NCBI RefSeq assembly: GCF_018350175.1
Contig: NC_058373.1
Coordinates: 108,192,001-108,256,000 of the forward strand
Origin: Felis catus
Lineage: Eukaryota
Length of the DNA stretch: 64,000 nucleotides
Reading direction: 5' to 3'
Under the pieces are notes generated by a model. The model was not told the origin of the DNA. It did no database searches and saw only the letters and a program-made list of their open reading frames with translations. Made by a program: the position numbers and the translations under genes. Below, piece after piece: positions 14,189 through 27,239 of this stretch (positions are counted from its first letter, which is position 1; each line of letters starts with the position of its first letter).

Positions 14189-16787
14189 CCCCCTTTGGTC
14201 AGCTTTTATATTAAAAATTTTGTTTCAATGCCTCCAACTCATAAAATTGATTACCAGCAGTTATCTTATGAAAATTAAATTGCCAGTGATTGTTTCTACA
14301 TTTATTTTATTGCCATCACTTAAATGTATACTGTGTCCGTAAATGTCCTATTAAGTAAAAGCAAACTATAATGTTCCACTGTAAAAAATACACTTTTAGA
14401 AAAGAAACTTGTCATTTATAAATTTATGAACCTATTACAGCAAAGCAAATTTTAATGCTTTAATATGAATGGGATGAGTAAAGCAAATCCCAAATATTAT
14501 AGTTACATAATGTTGTAAGGATGAGAAGTACCTCTAAAGATCTAATCTATTTCCATTTCACAGATGAAGAAATGTAGACCTCAAATGATAATCGATTTGT
14601 CCAAGTCTTCAAGGTAATAAATGGTACACCAAAGATTTACACTTAGGTTTTCTCTTAGTATGAAACTAGAACAAACCTTGCATGTTTTTTAAATCAGAAC
14701 TGTATATTTTATATTTTTTAAATAACTTAATTCATTTTTTTTCTGTATGTTTTTATGGAATTGCTATATTTCTTCCTGATTATAAAAGTAATATTCTCGC
14801 TGTAAAAAAAAAAATTGCACAAAAAGATGAAAAATCACCATGAGCCTCTGCACCTAGAAGTAACAGCAAATTATTTTTATGGACAAATTACAAAGGCAGT
14901 GGCCAGAGCCTTAGGTCCTGTAGCCTGAGGTTACAAGAACCAAAATATCTTGAACAAAATGAACTAAGTCCAGATCTTATCTTAGACTGAACAAAATGTT
15001 ACTACAGCGGCATGAAAATTTGGGAACAAAAATTTATAATTCGAAGACTCCAAGTTTTTGGGGGCACATGCACACTTCACTGTAAATACTATGACCCAAA
15101 GTAGTTTTGCATTTCATTACAGATAGTATAGAGGTGGTATTTTAGAATAAAATAGTTGCTTAGTATTTTCAAGTCAAAAACACCCCAAAATTATGCTTAT
15201 TTTGGTAGCAGAATTAGCTTTAGTCGAAAGCTAGAAGTTTATGTGTAGTTTTCAAATATTAATAAGTGGTCAGGTTATGTAATGACCGGGAGTCAGAAAA
15301 TGACTTGTAAAAGCAGTGATTTAGAAGAGAAAGCCACTTTAACAGACAGTAGAAGTGGAAGAAAGTAAGTACCCACCTCTTGGTCATTCAGGAAACAACC
15401 CCCATGGAGTGCTTGAAGCTGCTGGAAATAGAAGAACCAGCCCTTCCTTCCCAGCTTTGTGCCCTCTCTCTCAGACTGTCCCTTACTTCCTTATAATGCC
15501 TTTCTCTGAAGTATAACCCTACCCTAGCAACTAGAATTCTATAATAGCTCTTCTGTCCTCCCGATGGATGCCTATACTTTCCACTTTTCTGGTGCTGCTG
15601 TGAATGAATGACCACAGTATTATTTTACTTACCTGAAGAAAGTATGGCAAAGGAGTTTAGTGTATTTTGTTCTTTTGTGCTCACCATTAACTTTGGAACT
15701 AAAAAGGGTTCTACAGAGAGCTTACCACAAGTAAGTACAATGGCTTTTAGATGAGTTAAAATGAATCTAAACATCTATTAGGTCCTATATGCTAGACTTT
15801 GTGCTAGGATGTTATCTCACAGTCTTCAAAAAACACTTCTGAATTGATATTTATATCATTTTGTAGATACGAAAACATTCTTGAGACCTAGCCTAAGGAT
15901 CAGAGCATTTGAGGTGGCCATCAGTGACTCCATAGCTCATGGTGCTAAACACCAGGGGGGTACTAGCCAGTTGGGTAGCAGTAGAGCATGCCCTTTACCC
16001 TATTAACTGTTTAAACAGCAAACAAGAGAAAGCAATGGGGGTGAAGGTAATGAAATCATAGGGGATGTGCTAAGAGGAATGGCAAGACCAACGGAAATGA
16101 GTTAAGTGGTCTAAAGTGCTATTGAGAATTTTGAGTTTGAACTAGAGATTCAGGTGTCTGGTGATGGAGATATTAACAGGTAAATGAGATGATGTATGGA
16201 AAGCCCGTTAATGAACTATAAAAGATTACATCAGTGTATGGCATGGTCCTCCTAGAGCTGTCTGACTTAATGGCATTATACACGTTTATTTTAAGTTTGT
16301 ATAACTTTGCAACTACCTTTCCAAATAGCAATTTTCCCCTACAACCTTTAAAACAGAGAAGTGCCCTTAAAGTTACTGGCTGTGCAGAAATTTAAACATT
16401 TAGATTCTAGAAGTTCAGATTTCTAATGTAGCAACGTCAAAAATAAGTTGCAAAGAATATGTAATCTTTTTTTTAACAATGGGCTTTTGGTTAAATAAAA
16501 CCTTTGCAAACATGTTGCCAACTGAAACCAACAACAGTGTAAAGAAAAAAAATCTTAGGTGTTTTTTAGGTCTGCCGCTAACCACTTTACTCGTATTTCA
16601 TCTCTTAAAATAGCGCTGAACCTGTTGTCCCAGATCGTTTTACAGATCGTTGTTTGATCTGTAGAATTTGATACAAAATAGTCTCCCTGTAATATTAAGC
16701 TACGTCTTACCACAAACCCTCCTATCAATACCTTCTGGAGCTTTTTTGTGTTCACACCTTTCAGAGGTTTGGACATAATTTTCTTAC

Positions 16788-17030
16788 CTGTAGTGGACGG
16801 TTTTATCCAAGACGCTGCCCAGACACCCGATCTCGTACTATTTAATTTCCTTTATTCCCTTGTCTCGGATCCATCCCGGGACGGAGAGGAAAGACAGGTG
16901 CCTGAGAGCAGCAGTGATCAGACAGCCCCCTCAGCGGGGAAAATAACAAGGATGCGGAGGGGACCGACCACCCCTAACGTCCGTGGTGCCGCTGGTACTA
17001 CATGATGAGGATGCGAAACACAAGCCGTCG
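16788..17030 (-). ncRNA. Candidate first exon of a HIF1A-AS3/AS2-like antisense lncRNA (TSS approximate)
   Basis: Minus-strand donor CAG|GTAAGA (plus tcttacctg 16782-16790) just left of the island; position resembles the human antisense TSS as I recall it. Confidence 0.45.
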
Positions 17031-17270
17031 GGAGAAACTTCCCCAAACCCCGCCCGCCGCGCTGCAGGCCACGCCCCGGTACGTGCTCGGGCGCAGCACA
17101 GCAGCCCCGGCCCCCGCCCTCCGCCCCAGGCCCGGTCCGCTCCGTGGGGCGGGTGCTCCCAGCCCGGGCCTACGTGTAAGATCTCACGTGGGAGGCTCGG
17201 CCCCACCCGGCCTGCTGCGGCGCGGGGTGGGGCGGGCTCTCGAGGGGTCAGCGCTGCTCTTTGTCTTCCG
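16930..17270 (-). promoter_or_regulatory. Orphan CpG island, probable promoter of a HIF1A antisense lncRNA, with HREs and GC boxes
   Basis: Sharp GC/CpG-rich island in AT-rich DNA; TACGTG 17080-17085 and 17171-17176, CACGTG 17185-17190; several CCGCCC/GGGCGG boxes; strand inferred from minus-strand donors. Confidence 0.75.
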
Positions 17271-18730
17271 TGACTTGTCCAATTCTGATGCCTGGCGCTT
17301 TCCCGATTTTTTTGGGGGGATGGGGTGGGGTGGGGTATAGGACTGTTGGGAGGTTCAGGGAAGGAGTCTCATGTGTTGCTGTAGAGCTGTCTGCGGAATT
17401 CCCAAATGTTTTGGGGTATGAAACTGTGTTTTGTGGAATAGAAACATATCTGAGGTCTCCTAACAGATGGGATTGCTTAACTGTATAAAAAGGTTTTAAA
17501 ATATTAATCATCTACTAATCTGGTCAAAAATGGAGGACTCTTTTGGTTATTTAACTATATTCCCCATGAGGCACTCAAAGACTTAGTTCATTTTAAATAA
17601 AGCGCTTTGAGATATCCCTGATAATGTAAATTGAAACTTTACCTGCCCCAGGTGGTTTTTTGTTTGTTTTTTGTTTTTGTTTTGCTTTTTGCTTGCTTGT
17701 TTTTTGAATACTGTGTGCCAGCACCCTACCAATGCCAGATATTAAGACTCCTTTGGAAGAAGATAATCTTGTTGGACAGAAGGGAGGTGAGTTTATGGAA
17801 TATGGGAAGGCTTGGGGCATTGAATTTAATCTCCTGTAAGTCGTATGTTTAGGTTGATCAGTTTGTAGTAAAGTACAAAGAAAGGTATTGTTTAAAATAA
17901 CCTCATCCATGCATATCCGGGGTTGTCAACATTTTACATTTTATTTTGTTTCCTTCAGGATAATTCATTGTTTATGGTTTTTCAAACAATATTTAAGAAA
18001 GTAAGAGTCCATTTTTAAAAAGTGGGGGAGGTGTTTTAAATGTTTTTTTACTAATAAACACTGATCTGTAGCCTTAGTATCTTGTGTGTTTGTGTTTAAT
18101 TAGAGAGGTGCTATTTAAAGAGGGTGCTCAAGTCTTTTGGTCCTGTGGATGCTTAATAACCATAAACTGGTGATTCTCCACAGAGGGGAGCAGGCTGGGG
18201 GGGGGGGGGTGAAGTGGCTGCCTGTAATGTTTATCACCAAGGGCAATGCATTTTAAAAAGTTCAGAAACATCATATAATTAGCCTCACAAGTAGACTAGG
18301 ACTCTGTTAAGTCAAATCTGTTTTTTTAGAGATCTTTGAAACATTAAAACATTAAGAAAAACATTAAGGTCCTTTTCAGTATTTCTTGTTTATATTTTTT
18401 GCTCTTTGAAACAAATTGTTTTTAATGTTCTACACACAACTATGTGTCATATACACAGCGATGACAAACTCTTTACTAGGAGCACTGAACAGCTGTGGGG
18501 TGAGCCATTATAAACTGTGTCCTGATTTTGCAGTCTGCTGGTAGAATATTGAAAGCAAAACCAAAGTGAAGTATTAACAGTACAAATCAGAGGGGCTAGC
18601 ACAGCTTGGGTGGGTGCTATGCCTCTTCCCAGGCGGATTCAGCTGCAAATATTTGCCACCCCTGTGAACTTACATGGCACTACACCTTTAGCTTTCTTAC
18701 TTTACTTCTTGTTGTATGTGTGGTTTTTTT

Positions 18731-21170
18731 CTTTTGTTTTAATTTAATTTTATTTTTTTAATTTACATTCAAATTAGTTAGCATCTAGTGCAACAATGAT
18801 TTCAGGAGTAGATTCCTTAATGCGCCTTTCCCATTGAGCCCATCCCCCCTCCCACAACCCCTCCAGTAACCCTCTGTTTGTTCTCCCTCTGTTTGTTTTG
18901 TCCCTCTCCCTGTTTTTATATTATTTTTGTTTCCCTTCCCTTATGTTCATCTGTTTTGTATCTTAAAGTCCTCTTACGAGTGAAGTCATATGATATTTGT
19001 CTTTCTCTGACTGGCTAATTTCGCTTACCATAATACCCTCCAGTTCCATCCACATAGTTGCAAATGGCAAGATTTCATTCTTCTTGTTTGCTGAGTAATA
19101 CTCCATTGTATATGTATATACCACATCTTCTTTACCCATTCATCCATCAATGGACATTTGGACTCTTTCCATACTTTGGCTATTGTTGATAGTGCTGCTG
19201 TAAACGTTGGGGTGCATGTGTCCCTTCGAAACAGCACACCTGTATCCTTTGGATAACTACCTAGTAGTGCAGTTGATGGGTGGTAGGGTAGTTCTATTTT
19301 TACTTTTTTGAGGAACCTCCATACTGTGTTCCAAAGTGGCTGCACCAGCTTGCATTCCCACCAACAATGCAAAAGAGATCCTCTTTCTCTGCATCCTTGC
19401 CAACATCTGTTGTTGCCTGAGTTAGCCATTCTGACAGGTGTGAGGTGGTATCTCAATATGGTTTTGATTTGTATTTCCCTGATGATGACTGATGTTGAGC
19501 ATTTTTTCATGTGTCGGTTGGCCATCTGGATGTCCTCTTTGGAGAAGTGTCTATTCATGTCTTTTGCCCATTTCTTCACTGGATTATTTGTTTTTTGGAT
19601 GTTGAGTTTGGTAAGTTCTTTATTGATTTTGGATCCTAACCCTTTATCTGATATGTCATTTGCAAATATCTTCTCCCATTCTGTCGGTTGCCTTTTAGTT
19701 TTGCTGATTGTTTCCTTTGCTGTGCAGAAGCTTTTTATTTTGATGAGGTCCCGGTAGTTCATTTTTGCTTTTGTTTCTCTTGCCTCTGGAGACGTGTTGA
19801 GTAAGAAGTTGCTGCGGCCAAGATCAAAGAAGTTTTTGTCTGCTTTCTCCTTTTGATGGCTTCCTGTTTTACATTTGGGTCTCTCATCCATTTTGAGTTT
19901 ATTTTTGTGTATGGTGTAAGAAAGTGGTCCAGGTTCATTCTTCTGCATGTCACAGCCCAGTTTTCCCAGCACCACTTGCTGAAGAGACTGTCTTTATTCC
20001 ATTGGATATTCTTTCCTGCTTTGTCAAAGATTAGTTGGCCATACGTTTGTGGGTCCATTTCTGGGTTCTTTATTCTGTTCCATTGATCTCAGTGTCTGTT
20101 CTTGTGCCAGTACCATACCGTCTTGATGATTACAGCTTTGTAGTATAGTTTGAAGTCCGGGATTGTGATGCCTCCTGCTTTGGTTTTCTTTTTCAAGATT
20201 GCTTTGGCTATTCGGGGTCTTTTCTGGTTCCATACAAATTTTAGGATTATTTGTTCTAGCTCTGTGAAGAATGCTGGTGTTATTCTGGTAGGTATTGCAC
20301 TGAATATGTAGATTGCTTTGGGTAGTATTGACATATTAACAATATTTGTTCTTCCTATCCAGGAGCATGGAATCTTTTTCCATTTTTTTTGTGTCTTCAG
20401 TTTCTTTCATAAGCTTTCTATAGTCTTCAGTGTATAGATTTTTCACCTCTTTGGTTAGATTTATTCCTAGGATTTTATAGGTTTTGGTGCAGTTGTAAAT
20501 GGGATAACTTCCTTGATTTCTCATTCTGTTGCATCATTGTTGGTGAGTAGGAATGCAGCTGATTTCTGTGCATTGATTTTATATCCTGCAACTTTGCTGA
20601 ATTCATGAATCAGTTCTAGCGGTATTTTGGTGAACTATAGACCAATTTCCCTGATGAACATGGATGCAAAAATCCTCAACAAGATATTAGCCAACCGGCT
20701 CCACCAATACATTAAAAAAATTATCCACCACAACCAAGTGGGATTTACACCCGGGATGCAGGGCTGGTTTAATATCTGCAAAACAATTAATGTGATTCAT
20801 CACATCAATAAAAGAAAGGACAAGAACCATATGATCCTCTCAATAGATGCAGAGAAAGCATTTGATAAAATATAGCATCCTTTCTTGATAAAAACCCTCA
20901 AGAAAGTAGGGACAGAAGGATCAGATCTCGAGATCATAAAAGCCATATATGAACGACCCAACGCTAATATCATCCTCAATGGGGAAAAACTGAGAGCTTT
21001 CCCGCTAAGGTCAGGAACAAGACAGGGATGTTCACTCTCGCCAGTGTTATTCAACATAGTATTGGAAGTCTTAGCCTCTGCAATCAAACAACATAAAGGA
21101 ATAAAAGGCATCCAAATCGGCCAGGAGGAGGTCAAACTTGCACTCTTCACAGATGACATGATACTCTATG
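18731..21170 (-). mobile_element. 5'-truncated, 5'-inverted carnivore LINE-1 (minus-strand segment ~18731-20632, inverted plus-strand segment ~20632-21170)
   Basis: ORF2 C-terminal fragments on minus (19025-20524) with T-rich tail at left; RT fragments NYRPISL...FTDDMILYV on plus (20627-21170). Confidence 0.95.
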
Positions 21171-21482
21171 TGTTTTTGGTTTTTTTTTTTAATCTTCCTT
21201 GATCATTCATGCATGTCTCATCTCCCCTACAAAAATTCTTAATTCCTTTGGAGCATGATTCCATCGGATTGATAATTTGTTCCTTAAAAACTTCCACTCT
21301 GTTTGCACAAAGACAACTCACATATGATTAAAGGTGGGAGAGGATCTCCTATGATGTGGGAACCAGAGAAGAATTATGATCAGAGAAACAGAATGGGGAA
21401 AACAAGACTGTTTTCTAGTCCTTGCAGTGAAATCCATTCCTTCAGTGAACAACAACCGAGGGCTGAGTGAGTCCAAGGTGTT

Positions 21483-21810
21483 TGCTATGTTCCAACTGTT
21501 TGTTTCCTCTCAAATTCATATGCTGAAACCTAACCTCCAAGATGATAGTATTAGGAGGTAGGGCCTTTGGGCAGTGATTAGGTCATGAGGGTAGACCCTG
21601 AAAGGGATTCATGTTCCTACAAGAGAGGCTCCAGAAAGCTCTTTTTCCCCTTTGGCTGTGTGAGGATTCAGTGAGAAATCAGCAGTCTGCACTGCAACTG
21701 GAACAGGGTTCTCGCCAGCCTCCAGAACTGTAAGGAGTAAGTAGATGTTTGTTGTTTATAAGCTACCCAGCTTATAATATTTGTTACAGCAGCATGAACA
21801 GACTCGGACA
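21483..21810 (+). mobile_element. MaLR (MLT1A/B-like) solo LTR
   Basis: TG...CA termini; caaattcatatgctgaaacctaacctccaa and ccagcctccagaactgtaag...taagctacccag motifs typical of MLT1/MST. Confidence 0.8.
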
Positions 21811-22604
21811 ATTGTTACTATAAGACCTGTTGGTGATTCAAATATTCTAGAATGTAGTGCCTGCCATCAAGAGTATGGTTAATTCCCATTCTATGAGCTA
21901 CTCACATTCAACTGTAATTGGGAAAAACACAACTGGAAGCTAAACAATGTTTTGGCCATTTAAGATGTTCTAAGTCACCATTACCTTTCCTTTTCATGAA
22001 TTGTTTGTAGCTTGATAATCTGAATCCAGACTATACTGCTCCCCACAAGAACCTCAAATTCGGCCTCTGAAAAACTAACTGTGCTCCAAATGGTTCATCA
22101 TATGTTCTCCAAATAGCTCCCATACTGTGTTCCCTGCTCAGTGAATGGCACCACACAGTCTCCCAAACCAGAACCCCAGAGGTCATTTGTCACTTACAAT
22201 CTTATCCACCACATCCAGTCTGATACAGTTCTTTTCTTTCCTTACATTTTCACTATGAACATGTACAAGACTTTTAACATGTACAAAAGTAAAGAGAGTA
22301 GTATAATGGTACCCAAGTCTCTGCCATTGGGTTCCCTAGGAAGTGGACTCTGAGATGGACATCGCAGGTCATGTCTTAGGGAGTGCTTTAAGGAACAACA
22401 CAAGGAAACGAAAACGCAGAAGGGGGTAGAGGAAGAACCTGAGTTGAGATGCAGTCCCAACAAAGATCTTCAGCAGCCATATGGGAGCTCTGGCCCTGGG
22501 ATAGTCCTTGAGAGTTGTCCCAAGTCACAGAGAGGGCCAGAGCCTTTTCATCCCTACACTGATCAGTCATTGGATGGGGGAGTTATGCCTTTAAATCCAT
22601 CTCC

Positions 22605-23900
22605 AGGAAAATGGCAGTAATAGTAGCTCTGTGGACTTGCTCTCCAGTGAAAGTACAACTGGCGAGAATTTTTTTTAAATACCATTTAAAGTTTCTTGAA
22701 ATTGAAGAGAATACAGCAGATGAAGAAATTTTAATTCAAGAAAATATACTAAATCTTGTTAAGAACATCAGGAGTTAGTGACCCTTGAGACGGGATCTGC
22801 TGCCTCTCCCATCCTGCTCAGTATGACAGAAGCTCAACTCTCTCTAAGGGACTCCCTCTTTTGCTAGATCCCAGTAAAGGGCTATGTCATCTCTCTGGGA
22901 GGGCCAGGCTGCTAGCATTTCTCATCTTTAGAATCATGTTGCAAAAGCTAAATTTCAGGTAAGTATGGCCTAGAGACTGGGGAGATTGCGAACCCCTTTC
23001 CTTTCAGGCACCATTCATTGGACAGAGGCTCTATCCCAGGTGCAGCAGTCCAAAAGTGCTGTGATCCCAATCACTTTCACCCCAGCTCACATGTAAACTG
23101 GGAAGTTCCATGCCAGCAGAAGCAGCCTGAGAAGAATAGAAACTGCCTCCTCCCAGAGCCCTCCTCCTAAAGCAGAGGTATCATTCTGAGAGAAGTGGGC
23201 CATTGTCCCCATCCTCAGCTCCACAGCAGTGGCTCAGAGATTTTGCCCAGGGGGAGAGAAAATCCATTAGAATAGAGAACTCAGAAGCTCTCCCAAAAGA
23301 AAGGGCTTTATTTGGAAGAGTGTGAGAAAATTCAAACTCAAAGGTGCTCTTGAAAACAACGGATATTTTGGTGGTAAATAATTAAGAGGAGGCTGGTAGC
23401 TCCATGGCAGCAACAAGTTAAACTGCAGGCTAACTAGTTTACCAGAGAAATCCAGGGAAAGAGACAACTAAGAGGAGCCCTCTTGGGATCAGAACAAACC
23501 TCAAAGACTACCTCTAAAGGAGCCTAAATGTGATTGGATTACTGGAGCAATTCATGCCCCAGCACACTCAAAAACAGTGGAGCAATCAATAGGCAATTGG
23601 GGTAGCCTAATAGCTGGGTGTGATGCCAACAGAGTCAGGCTCTTTAACAGAGAGCTCTGGAAAAGAGACAGCCAAAGAAAGCCTTGGTAAAACCACTGTA
23701 ATCCCCAGGCAAGTGTGTGCATAGCCAGGGCTGTACCCTCTGAAGAGCTACTTAGGCTCTTAAGTGGCCTTAAGAGAGAAATGGACTTCACTAAAATAGT
23801 CTAATCAGGTAAGTAAACAAATAAAGAAAGAAACCACAAAAACAGCAAGCCCCATGGGAAAGGGGGAGCAACAGGTATTCAGAATTGCTGCAATAAATTA
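22605..23900 (+). mobile_element. Ancient L1M 5'-end relic
   Basis: Starts aaaatggcag (YY1-like), then A-rich degenerate L1 5'-like sequence; recognised by eye only. Confidence 0.45.
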
Positions 23901-24169
23901 CATATACTAACAGTAATGTAAATATTCTGGCATCGTAACAACAGGTACAGAGCCACACAATTGTGTATTGGCTTCAGTTAGCCCTGCACACTTAGTATGT
24001 GATAGAAGTGACTTTTTAGATCATTAGGGAAAGGATGGATTATTCAGTTGGTGGTGCTAGGAAATTACACATATGGAAAATACATATACATGCATATATA
24101 TATATATTTATATATATGCAAAAAAAAGTGAAATTGGATCCTTAACCCATACCATACATAGAAATCATT

Positions 24170-24386
24170 TTTATTTTTATTTTTTAACGTTTATTTATTT
24201 TTGAGACAGGAAGAGACAGAGCATGAACAGGGGAGGGTCAGAGAGAGGGAGACACAGAATCTGAAGCAGGCTCCAGGCTATGAGCTGTCAGCACAGAGCC
24301 CGACGCGGGGCTAGAACTCACAAACTGCGAGATCATGACCTGAGCTGAAGTCGGCCGCTTAACCGACTGAGCCATCCAGGCACCCC
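24170..24386 (-). mobile_element. SINEC_Fc
   Basis: TSD tagaaatcattttta. Confidence 0.95.
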
Positions 24387-24457
24387 TAGAAATCATTTTT
24401 AGATGGATACAGTGAATTAACAGTGAAAGGCAATACTTTAAGACTTTTGATAGAAAA

Positions 24458-25190
24458 TTGTGGCAGCAATGTTGGCAGTTCGACAAAGATTAAGTACCTC
24501 TTCCACAGATTGGAGTTGTGAGGAAGAGTTTGCCCAGTTAGGGACAACATTTCTCAGGTCTCTTTGCCTCTGGGTGGGCCCATGTGACTAACTTTTGGCC
24601 AACGGGATATGGACTGAAATGGTGTACCCCAGTGCTTCTCAAACTATCTGTGGTAATGGACAATTTCTCTCCAATTGTGGACCAGTGCTTTTGTAAATGG
24701 AAAAAAGAAATAAATTACCAGAAGACTGAGATTTAAAAAGTCATGTCATATGCAGTCCCGCTTTTTATTATTAGATTTAACAGACATAAAATTACTTTGC
24801 CAGATTGCTAGTAAGCGTTTGCAAATACTTACTCTTAATTTCTGTACTAAAGAGTGATGGAGAGGTAATAGTTTGTAGACCAGCAGAGGTCAGCAGACCA
24901 CCTTTGAGGGTGTACCACTTCCAGGCATGGCCCATAAAGTCTCTCATGCAGTCTTTCACATCCTCTTTCTTTCCCTGTCTACAGACTAGATGTCAGGGCT
25001 CAGCGTGCTCTTGAAAACCAATGACTGGAGACAGCAGAGGCTTCATCAGTCTGGGTCCCTGGATGACTTTTTGGTGCAGAACCCTTCCCATCCCAACTTG
25101 CCATTAATTGAATTTAATGGGAAAGAAAAATAAATTTCATTTATGTTAAGCCACTGAGCATTTAAGGTCTATTAAGTTACGCTATTGGTA
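24458..25190 (+). mobile_element. Old MLT1-like LTR with an internal hAT/MER-like insert (~24630-24908)
   Basis: ccatgtgactaacttttggccaa and aaatttcattttatgttaagccactgag motifs; insert bounded by cagtgcttctcaaa...tttgag. Confidence 0.55.
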
Positions 25191-25698
25191 TTCCCTATAA
25201 TGAAATATAGAGAACATATGTATCGACAAAAGTCTTTATTGGAAAAGATTTAAAAATTGACTACAGTAAAAATAAGAATTTCTGTATATCAAATATCACC
25301 ATAAAGATAAAAAACAAAAATAAGTCAGACTGGGGAAAGATATTTATAATACATATAACAAACAACAGTTTAAGATCCAGAATATATAAGGTGATCCTAC
25401 AGATCAGTATGAAAAAGGCAAACAACCCAATTGAAACATGGACAAAACATATGAACAGGCATTTCATAGTAGAGGGAACAGGAAGAAGATTAGAATTTAA
25501 GAAGATGCACAACTATTAATAATCACAGAAATGAATGTTAACAGCACAATTAGGTATCAAGTTTCTGAGATGATATGGCTGAATTTGGAACTGCCATACA
25601 CGGATATTGAAGTGACAATCCGTTCAACCACTCTAGAAAAACAATTTGACGTTATCTTTTAAAGTTTTACACTTGCACCCATTATCATCCAACATTTC

Positions 25699-25864
25699 TA
25701 TATATATATGTATATATATACATATATACATGTGTGTATATGTGTATATATGTATATATACATATATGTGTATATACGTATATATATACACATATGTGTA
25801 TATATATGTATATGTGTATATACGCATATGTGTATATATACATATGTATATATGTATATATATA
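25699..25864. repeat. Compound (TA)/(TG)/(CA) microsatellite
   Basis: ~165 bp of continuous purine-pyrimidine alternation. Confidence 0.95.
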
Positions 25865-25961
25865 CTGCTGTAATGTGTAAGTAGAATTGCCATATTTGAC
25901 AAAGAAAAAGGACGTCCTTTAAAATACAGTTAGACTGTATTTAAGATAAACAAGGAATAAC

Positions 25962-26133
25962 TTTTAAATATTTATTTATTTTTGAGAAAGAGCACAAGTG
26001 CGGTTGGAGCAGAGAGAGAGAGAAGGAGACAGAATCTGAAGCAGGCTCCAGGCCCTGAGCTGTCAGTACAGAACCCAACAAGGGGCTTGAACCCACAAAC
26101 TATGAGATCATGACCTGAGCTGAAGTCGGACGC
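25962..26133 (-). mobile_element. Can-SINE, 5' truncated
   Basis: gcaggctccagg...gagctgaagtcggacgc. Confidence 0.85.
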
Positions 26134-26865
26134 AAAAGAATGAGAAGCAAAACAAGGTAGTTGTTACCATGGTAGTGGTAAAGGCAGGGGAATAAATTAG
26201 GGGAGGAGTTCACAGATGAATGTGACAGACTTGTTCCTGTTCCTGTTCCTCCACAGGTAGAAGGTACACAAATGTTCACTTCATTGTTATGCTTATCTTA
26301 GACATGTTACATAAGGTTTTCTGTATACATAAATAATATTACATAAATTTTTTTAAAAAGATCAATGATCAGGAAAGTTAAGTGAGTTGAACCTCCATCT
26401 ACAGATGGTCTAATGCTTTCCATTATATTGGCATACCACTCCTAAAGAATAAAAATAGCATGCCCTGCAATCTGAAAATGGTGAGAAGTCCAGCATACTA
26501 CTCCATATCTAGCTCCAGGGAGTAAGAGGTGGAGGATACACAGAGTGCCAATTAAGCCAAATAATCGATAAATACGTACTTTCTGCCAAGTACTAGGCCA
26601 GATTATTATGAACATAGGGGTGTGAGCGGCGGTGGGGAGATGTTCCCAAGTTTCTCAATTTGTGGTTGCAGAAGACTGCACTGGTTACAACGAGAGACAC
26701 ACATTGAACACTATACTATGTGGTTGTAAACTATGAGAGAATAAGTGGAGTTCATTTCCTAGTAAAAGGTCTTCTTCAGATCCTGTTTCCACGAAGAATT
26801 AGGTGGAAGATGGGACCTGTTCTTGCCGAACTATAAAAGCTGACTTCTGTGACTCCAGGATCACT

Positions 26866-27060
26866 TTAATGTTTATTTTTGATATAAAGACAAAGTGCCA
26901 GCGGGAGAAGGGCAGGGAGAGAGGGAGACACAGCATCTCAAGCAGGCTCCAGGTTCTGAGCTGTTAGCTCAGAGCAGGATGAGGGGCTCGAACTCACAAA
27001 CCCCCGAGATTATGACCTGAACCGAAGTCACGGGCTTAACTGAGCCACCCAGGCGCCCCC
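26866..27060 (-). mobile_element. Can-SINE upstream of the SNAPC1 promoter
   Basis: TSD ccagg[a/g]tcacttta. Confidence 0.9.
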
Positions 27061-27239
27061 AGGGTCACTTTAAAGGAAAGTAAGGGTAAAGCCAATTTAC
27101 ATAAGCTAGCCTAATGCAGACCTAAAATCCTGCTTGGGCTCACACGACTCCTGAGATAGAAACTTCTTCAATGAAACTGAGAGAACTGACCTTAGCCCTC
27201 TATCTTTAAGCAGATCAGAGCAGGTACGGGCACACATCC

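Noticed and set aside
16748..17511. Overlapping ORFs across the CpG island
   Set aside because: Expected stop-codon scarcity in GC-rich DNA; low-complexity P/A/R/G peptides with no recognisable homology.
25633..25902. Y/I/H-rich ORFs on both strands
   Set aside because: Microsatellite translation.
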